A stretch of DNA of 64,000 nucleotides from assembly GCA_965116495.1 (NCBI GenBank), contig OZ220696.1, positions 3,232,001-3,296,000 on the forward strand, written 5' to 3'. Position numbers and translations under genes: made by a program. Below are positions 57,595 to 64,000 of the stretch, piece after piece (the first letter of the stretch is position 1; every line of letters starts with the position of its first letter). The notes beneath the pieces were generated by a model, which saw nothing but the letters and a program-made list of their open reading frames with translations, did not search any database and was not told the DNA's origin. This stretch comes from Gammaproteobacteria bacterium (GTDB lineage Bacteria; Pseudomonadota; Gammaproteobacteria; Eutrophobiales; Eutrophobiaceae).

Positions 57595-59259
57595 ATGATC
57601 ACATCGGAGACCATAACGCATAGCGTGGCAGACAGGCGTCAATACCGTGCCTCGGGATTCTGGCAGGATGAGACCATTTTTCAGATCGTCCAGGGTCATG
57701 CCGAACGAAAGCCGGACCGTTATGCCGTGCGCGATCGGTATCGCCGGTTAACCTACCGGCAGCTCATTGAAGCCGCGGAACGCCTGGCAACGGACTTATT
57801 TGAAAACGGGATTGTGCCGGGTCAACAGGTGGCGGCCTGGTTGCCGAACCGGCTGGAAACCGTGATTGTGCTGCTGGCCTGCTCAAGGAACCGCTATACC
57901 TGCTGCCCGTCGTTACACCGGAATCACACGGTTGTGGAGATCATGCAGATACTCGATCGTTTTCAGGCCGCTGCGCTGATCAGCGAGCAGGGCTATGGTG
58001 CGGGGATGGTTCAGTGCGACGTCGATGCCGAACTGGCGCGCTTGAGGCACGCTCCCATACACTATACCCTGCAACCGTTCAGGCCGGAGAATGCCAGCGA
58101 TCCTCTTTTCGGTGATTATCTGGAAGCACAGCCCCACGCGGATATTGCCGCGATGCCAGCGGTACCGGACCCCGATACACTTGTCTACCTGGCACTGACG
58201 TCGGGCACTACCGGCGAACCCAAAGGCGTCATGCACAGTGACAATACCCTACTGGCCAATGCTCGCGCCATTGCCGCGGATTGGCATTTTGACGATACGT
58301 CGGTTGTTTATACGTTGAGTCCGCTGAGTCACAACCTGGGTTTCGGCGCCATGGTTACCGCGCTTTATGCAGGCGCGGAAATCGTGCTGAGTCATCTTTC
58401 TCCTGGTGAATCTCTCGTGGATGACCTGTTCAGGACGGATGCGACCTTCATCTATGGCGTGCCGGCCCATGCCATTGACCTGTTAAAGGAATTAAGCAAA
58501 ACCGGGACAAAAGCTCCCGATAAGATCACGGGTTTTCGGATTTCCGGCGCGCAGGTACCCGGCAACGTCGCGGCGGAGTTGCTGGAGTATTGCATCATCC
58601 TGCAGACCGGTTATGGGATGACGGAGGCGCATTCCCATAACTACACCCTGCCGGATGATGAACCGCAACGTATTATCGAAACGGCGGGGCGAGCCTGTTC
58701 CGGCTACGAGCTGAAAATCTGGTCCATGGACAATGCAGAGGTTGAAGTGGCTACCGGTGAGATTGGTCAGATTGGAGGGAAAGGGGCCAGCCTGATGCTG
58801 GGGTATTTTGATGATGAAGCGGCGACCGCCAGATCGTTCAATTCGGACGGCTGGTTTATGACCGGTGACATCGGCAGCCTGGATGAAGACGGCTACCTGC
58901 ATATCACGGGTCGCATCAAGGATGTGATCATCCGCGGCGGCCACAACATTTACCCTGCCCGCATAGAGCAGCTCGCCGTCCGCCACCCTGCCGTGGAAAA
59001 AGCCGCGGCCATTCCGTTTCCCGACGAACGGCTGGGTGAAAAAGTATGCTTGGTCATTATGCCGGCTGATAACGCCAGTCTCGGGCCGGAGCAAATTCTC
59101 AAGCATCTCGACGCGGAAGGACTGTCGAAATACGATATGCCCGAGTACCTTGTTGAGATAGATAACATGCCGTTGACTCCCGGCGGTAAGGTAATCAAAC
59201 GTGATTTACTTGCCTTAATCGGCGCCGGCCGGCTTAATCCTGAGCCGGTCAGGCGGTAA
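57595..59259 (+). CDS. AMP-binding acyl-CoA synthetase (cyclohexanecarboxylate-CoA ligase-like)
   Basis: TSGTTGEPKG, YGMTE, TGDIG, GRIKDVIIRGG and PGGK motifs. Confidence 0.92.
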   Translation: MITSETITHSVADRRQYRASGFWQDETIFQIVQGHAERKPDRYAVRDRYRRLTYRQLIEAAERLATDLFENGIVPGQQVAAWLPNRLETVIVLLACSRNRYTCCPSLHRNHTVVEIMQILDRFQAAALISEQGYGAGMVQCDVDAELARLRHAPIHYTLQPFRPENASDPLFGDYLEAQPHADIAAMPAVPDPDTLVYLALTSGTTGEPKGVMHSDNTLLANARAIAADWHFDDTSVVYTLSPLSHNLGFGAMVTALYAGAEIVLSHLSPGESLVDDLFRTDATFIYGVPAHAIDLLKELSKTGTKAPDKITGFRISGAQVPGNVAAELLEYCIILQTGYGMTEAHSHNYTLPDDEPQRIIETAGRACSGYELKIWSMDNAEVEVATGEIGQIGGKGASLMLGYFDDEAATARSFNSDGWFMTGDIGSLDEDGYLHITGRIKDVIIRGGHNIYPARIEQLAVRHPAVEKAAAIPFPDERLGEKVCLVIMPADNASLGPEQILKHLDAEGLSKYDMPEYLVEIDNMPLTPGGKVIKRDLLALIGAGRLNPEPVRR

Positions 59260-59352
59260 AGCTGATCCGGGAGTTAAGACAGATGCACAGTAGTTTCCGG
59301 TAAAACGGCGTCGGTATTGTGGTGAATTGTTTAATTGTGGTAAAAGAGTCCC

Positions 59353-61191
59353 ATGCTTCCCGCGCCCCGCTTGCCGCGTAATACGATGATCGTCATCTCC
59401 CTGGCCCAGGGATTGGGGTTGCTGCTGCTTTGGCGCGCTTTGACCCATGAAGCGTGGCCAAGCCAGGCGCCGCCTGTCAACTTTCCGCTATGGACGTTTG
59501 TGGTCGTTTGGCCGACGCTGTTGCTGCTGAGCCTGGAAGTGGGTAACAGGTTGCGGGTCTTCCAGCTGACCAGCGCCTTCTCCGGCGTGCTTGTTCTACT
59601 GGCGGTCTATATCGGCTGGCAGGCGTCACCTGTCGGTAAATTCTCAATTCATTCGTTGGTGTTTGTTTACAGCATCACGCTGACCATTGCCTGCTTCAAG
59701 GCCCTGATGTATTTGCAGCAACGCGCCGGCGGGCTGCCAATGACCTACGAGATCCTGTTCGCCTTTTCCTGGCGCAACTTTCTGGTGGCTGCGCTTGCCG
59801 GCGCCTTCATGGGCGGGGTCAGCGCTTTGCTTGCTCTCTGGGCCGCCCTGTTCCTGGTCATTGATATCGATTTCTTCAGAGAATTATTCTCAAAGGACTG
59901 GTTCCTATTCCCGGTACTCGCCGTCGCCTTCGGTATCGGGGTATTCGTTTTTCGGCGCCTGACCGGGGTGATCGACGGTATTACCGGCCTCCTGGAGGGT
60001 CTCATACGGCTGTTATTACCCCTGGTCATCATAATCATGGTGATCTTCCTCTCGGCGCTACCGTTCACCGGCCTGACGCCCTTGTGGGAAACCGGCAGGG
60101 GAACGGCCCTGCTACTGTGGTTGAACGCGGTAGTGCTGTTTTTTATCAACGCGGTATACCAGACCGGCCGCCACACCCCGTATTCGCAGATCGTCCAGCG
60201 CCTCTTGTACCCAGGCATTGCATTGCTCCCCATCGTGTCTGTACTGGCGCTGTATGGTCTGTACCTGCGGGTTGATCAATACGGCTGGACCGTGGCGCGT
60301 TGCTGGGCTCTGGCAGTCACCATATTGCTGGGTATGGTTTCCTGTGGATACCTGTGGGGGATCATCCGGCGGCGTTCGACGTGGACGACAGGGCTGGCTC
60401 ACGTCAATATCGTCATGGGTTGGGTAGTGCTGGCGCTGATGCTGCTTGTCAACAGTCCGTTGCTCGATTTTCGGTCGATCTCCCTTGCCAGTCAGCTTGG
60501 ACGCGTCGATACCGGCGAACTTGAATTGAACGAATTCGATTTTTATTACGTCAGACGACACCTTGCCCGGCCCGGTTTCCTGGCGCTGCAAACACTGATC
60601 GCACAATTGGAGGTTTCAGACCCTGAGTTGGCCGAGCGCATCTCAAGGCGTATAAGTCCGGTGAGGCTGGACACAGGTGAAACACCGGAGGAGTTTTGGG
60701 GACACATAACGTTTCGCCCGGAACGTTTCGACGTCCCCGCGGATCTGCAAACGTTGATTGAAAACAGACTCTTCCGGCCCTTTGGGAAGCCTGAAACCGT
60801 GAGGCAGGAGGTCGCGGATACGCCTCCTGCTGATGCGCGCAAGGCGGGTGAGATACCGGGAGAGGACGATTTGTCCGCGTTCGGCCAAGACTTGTCGCGG
60901 CTCCGTTGGAATCCCGTGTTCATTCAAGTTGATTTGAACAATGATGACGTATTGGAGTACGCACTGGTCAGCGTGGCCCCCAATGGCAGGTGGGTGTACG
61001 GGTTTTGCTTTCATCTGGTCGACGACGTCTGGAAATATCGCAGACTCACTCTCGTTTCTCCATCTCGGCTGATGAACGCAACGACACCTGACGTTGACGT
61101 GTCGGATGCCTTGCATGAGGGAGAAATTGAGGCTGTAGAACCGGCTTTCCGGGACTTGCAGGTCGGTGAACTGGTACTACGGGTAAGATAG
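59353..61191 (+). CDS. DUF4153-like integral membrane protein
   Basis: Many TM segments; LRVDQYGWTVAR and ISLASQ motifs. Confidence 0.75.
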   Translation: MLPAPRLPRNTMIVISLAQGLGLLLLWRALTHEAWPSQAPPVNFPLWTFVVVWPTLLLLSLEVGNRLRVFQLTSAFSGVLVLLAVYIGWQASPVGKFSIHSLVFVYSITLTIACFKALMYLQQRAGGLPMTYEILFAFSWRNFLVAALAGAFMGGVSALLALWAALFLVIDIDFFRELFSKDWFLFPVLAVAFGIGVFVFRRLTGVIDGITGLLEGLIRLLLPLVIIIMVIFLSALPFTGLTPLWETGRGTALLLWLNAVVLFFINAVYQTGRHTPYSQIVQRLLYPGIALLPIVSVLALYGLYLRVDQYGWTVARCWALAVTILLGMVSCGYLWGIIRRRSTWTTGLAHVNIVMGWVVLALMLLVNSPLLDFRSISLASQLGRVDTGELELNEFDFYYVRRHLARPGFLALQTLIAQLEVSDPELAERISRRISPVRLDTGETPEEFWGHITFRPERFDVPADLQTLIENRLFRPFGKPETVRQEVADTPPADARKAGEIPGEDDLSAFGQDLSRLRWNPVFIQVDLNNDDVLEYALVSVAPNGRWVYGFCFHLVDDVWKYRRLTLVSPSRLMNATTPDVDVSDALHEGEIEAVEPAFRDLQVGELVLRVR

Positions 61192-61215
61192 CAGGCTGTG
61201 AGCAGGCAAGGTATC

Positions 61216-62217
61216 ATGCGCACCGTGATTGTCAGTGAATTTGGAGACATTGAAGCGACCAGACTCGGCGATATGCCGCAGCCGTCACCGGGGCCTGGCG
61301 AGATACTCGTCAACATTAAGGCAACCGCAGTCAATTACGTGGACCTGCTGGTGATTGCGGGAAAATATCAGTTCCGTCCGGCATGTCCGTTCATACCCGG
61401 TAAAGCCCCCGCCGGGGTGGTTGAGGCGGTGGGTGAGGAAGTGGACCAATTCAAAGTCGGTGACCGGGTCCTGGCCATGGCGGAACAGGGCGGCTATGCG
61501 GAACAGGTAGCGGTTCCTGCAGACCAGTGTTATCACCTTCCTGCCTCCATGTATTTCGCCGATGCCGCCGCCATGGCGCTGGTTTACGACACGGCCTGGG
61601 TGGCGTTACGGGAGCGGGCGCGTATCCGTCGAGGCGAGGTCGCCCTAATTCTCGGCGCGTCAGGCGGAGTGGGTTATGCGGCGTTACAACTCGCGCGCAC
61701 TATGGGCGTCAGGACTCTGGCGGGCATAACCAGGCAGGAAACTGCTGAATTGGTACTGGCTGCCGGGGCCGAGGCGGTGATCGACCTCAGCGTTCCCGAC
61801 CTGCGTGAAGAGTTGCGCCGGCAGGTATATGAGACCAACCGGGGCCACGGCGCCGATGTCATACTCGACCCCCTGGGAGGTAATTATTTTGACGCTGCGC
61901 TACGGGCGCTTGCCTGGCGCGGCAGGCTAGTAGTCATCGGTTTTGCCGCAAGCCGGATACCGACCGTCAAGACCAATTACCTGCTCCTGAAAAATATCGA
62001 GGTGAGTGGTTTACAGGTGAGCGATTACCGCAAGCGAATCCCGGAGATGATGCAGGAGTGTTTCGCGGAGATATTCACCCTGTATGAAGCGGGAAAAATA
62101 AAACCGGCTCCGATTACCCGGTTTCCACTGGCAGATTACCAGTCAGCGCTGGTCCAGGTACGGGACCGTAGCGCACGCGGGAGGCTCGTCCTTGAAATTA
62201 ATGGGGACACCCGCTAA
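61216..62217 (+). CDS. NADPH:quinone oxidoreductase (MDR family)
   Basis: VNYVD....GKYQ, GASGGVG, GRLVVIGFA and LLLKN motifs. Confidence 0.9.
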   Translation: MRTVIVSEFGDIEATRLGDMPQPSPGPGEILVNIKATAVNYVDLLVIAGKYQFRPACPFIPGKAPAGVVEAVGEEVDQFKVGDRVLAMAEQGGYAEQVAVPADQCYHLPASMYFADAAAMALVYDTAWVALRERARIRRGEVALILGASGGVGYAALQLARTMGVRTLAGITRQETAELVLAAGAEAVIDLSVPDLREELRRQVYETNRGHGADVILDPLGGNYFDAALRALAWRGRLVVIGFAASRIPTVKTNYLLLKNIEVSGLQVSDYRKRIPEMMQECFAEIFTLYEAGKIKPAPITRFPLADYQSALVQVRDRSARGRLVLEINGDTR

Positions 62218-62252
62218 TCAGCCAGTAAGAACTGCTTCGGGAAACACTTCGT

Positions 62253-62307
62253 TGTCGTTCCGGCGCAAGCATGCCCTGGCATGCCTGAAGGCGGGGCCGG
62301 AACCCAG
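62253..62307. repeat. CGTC-type palindromic repeat with internal insertion, between convergent genes
   Basis: TGTCGTTCCGGCGCAAGC...GCCGGAACCCAG. Confidence 0.6.
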
Positions 62308-62314
62308 GAAGAAC

Positions 62315-62832
62315 CTAACCGGCGGCAGGGGTTGAAAATGCGCTCTCCAGGTCCGTAAGGAACTGGTTGATATGGTCCTCCGTCGTATCCCAGGAACACA
62401 TTAAACGCGCTCCTGTTTCACCGGTGACAATGTGATAATACCAACCCTTCTCCCGCATTGATCGGTGCACGGTCTCCGGGAGGCTGACAAACACTGCATT
62501 GCTCTCGACCGGCGCCAGAAGTTCAGCTTCAGCAAACTGGCCCAGTCCGGCGGCCAGCAAGGCCGCACACCGGTTAGCGTGTCGTGCATGTTTCAGCCAG
62601 GCATCGTTTTCCAGCAGGCCCACCCAGGGCGCGGCAAGAAAACGCATCTTCGATGCCACGTGGCCGGCCTGTTTACAGCGGTGGCCGAATTCGTCGGACA
62701 GGGATTTATCGAAGAAGACAATGGCTTCTCCTACCGGCAGGGCCAGCTTGGTCGCGCCGAAGGAGAGTACGTCCACACCTGCGTGCCAGGTAATCTCCTT
62801 TGCGCTTACGTCCAGGGCGGCTACTGCGTTAG
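62315..62832 (-). pseudogene. ltaE: Low-specificity L-threonine aldolase, C-terminal part, interrupted by an IS
   Basis: ANAVAALDVSAKEITWHAGVDVLSFGATK (PLP Lys), KQAG..SKMRF and RLMCSWDTT motifs; the expected preceding DGARF is replaced by the IS end at 62833. Confidence 0.85.
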
Positions 62833-64000
62833 CCCAAGTTTACCAATCTAAAAAATAAATCGTTATATGTCAATGGGTTAGATTGACATAATTCCGCTTA
62901 TGGCACTACATTCGCGCCATGTTGCGGACGCTGTACTCAGACGATCTCTTTCTGCGTACCGCCGGGTGGTCCACGAATTCCCAAGGCGTCCAGGATGGCC
63001 TGTTGCGGCGGTTCCGGACGGGTGCCTTGCGCACGTGCACGGTACGTCCGTCTTTGCGCCGGACCGTGGCGGTCACCCGCTGACGGGCGCCGAGGATGCG
63101 CCGCAGCGTGGTCCAACTTGCGTTGCGGCAGGATTCATCGCCGTGCGCGGCCAGACGACGGCGGACCACCTGGACCAGTTGGTAGGCGATGACGGTGATG
63201 AACAAGTGGCCCTCGGCGCGCCGGGGACTCTGGTGATAGATGGGGCGCAATCCCAGCTCGGATTTCAAGGCGCGGAACACTGCTTCGATGTCGGTGAGCA
63301 GGGTGTAGGTCTGCCACAGCCGCGCCTCATCCCAGTCGGTGAGGTTGCTGCGCAGGCAATAGATGCCGGGGTGGGTGAGCATCGAGCCGGTGACCGGCTG
63401 GCGCTGCCAGCGTACGGCCACGGCCCGTTGGCCCTTGGCATCGGTGTCGACCTCGATGGTATAGTGCTGGCCGATGCCGTGGCTGCGGGCTTTCAAGCGT
63501 CCGATACGTTCCCGGACGTAGCCTGGCTGCTTGCGCGTACGCGGCCGGGACAGGCCCTCGTGCAGCGCGCTGAGGCCCTGCTCAAAGCGCGCCATGAAGC
63601 GTTCGGCGATGGCGCGCTCTTTCTCGGCCCGCGCCGCCGAGTAACAGTACAGGCGCACCTCACCGGCCTTGGCATCGGCCACCTGCTCCAGTTGGACCGT
63701 CTCGCCCCCACGGGTACGATGGGCCAGGGCGGCGTCCACGTCGAACCGGCGCTGTTGTTCCCGGCTCACCACGATGTAACGGTAGTCGTTATCCTTGAGC
63801 CAGGTGACCTGCGCCTCGGTGGCGATGCCCCGGTCGAGAATGACCAAGGCCCCCGGCGGGGTCTTGAGCGCCTCCAGCATCCCGGCCAGGGTGGTCTCCT
63901 CGCGCACGTTGCCGGCAAACACCCGTGAACGGCGCACGAAGCCGCTCGCATCGAGCACCAGCCCCAGGGTGAGCAGCTTGCAGTCGCTGCGTTTCTCTTT
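62833..64000 (-). mobile_element. IS1634-family insertion sequence (one end plus transposase 3' part; runs off the window)
   Basis: Transposase KEKRSDCKLLTLGLVLDASGF, ILDRGIAT and IEAVFRALKSELGLRPIYHQ motifs (ORF 62906 to >64000); candidate terminus CCCAAGTTT at 62833. Confidence 0.88.

Overview
Bacterial window, mostly GC-rich with several AT-rich inserts; gene content (TonB-dependent receptors, T2SS) suggests a Gram-negative, probably a proteobacterium (inference). It is dominated by catabolic genes: two TonB-dependent receptors, four MFS transporters, a UbiD decarboxylase/acyl-CoA dehydrogenase/cytochrome c operon, two luciferase-like monooxygenases, several alpha/beta hydrolases, three xanthine-oxidase-family molybdenum hydroxylase clusters (four large subunits), TcuA, an isochorismatase, a deacetylase and an acyl-CoA ligase. 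Accessory DNA lies between them: a decayed type II secretion cluster, intact GNAT/DUF1778 and VapBC toxin-antitoxin pairs plus orphan TA remnants, a truncated Rhs gene with a putative Zn-peptidase tip and immunity gene, an AT-rich TIGR04255-like three-gene module, IS fragments, and an IS1634-family element interrupting a threonine aldolase gene. The most notable signals are: (1) a CGTCATTCC...GGAATCCAG palindromic repeat family read in-frame inside three proteins, once forming the linker of a FAD/2Fe-2S subunit fusion; (2) a ~116-140 bp GGGGTC-ended MITE-like family at accessory-gene junctions; (3) a UGA-recoded (UxxC) peroxiredoxin-like selenoprotein that the ORF track splits in two; (4) the TIGR04255-like module as a candidate defence/TA system. 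No rRNA, tRNA or CRISPR array was seen. All family assignments are from motif recognition, not database searches.
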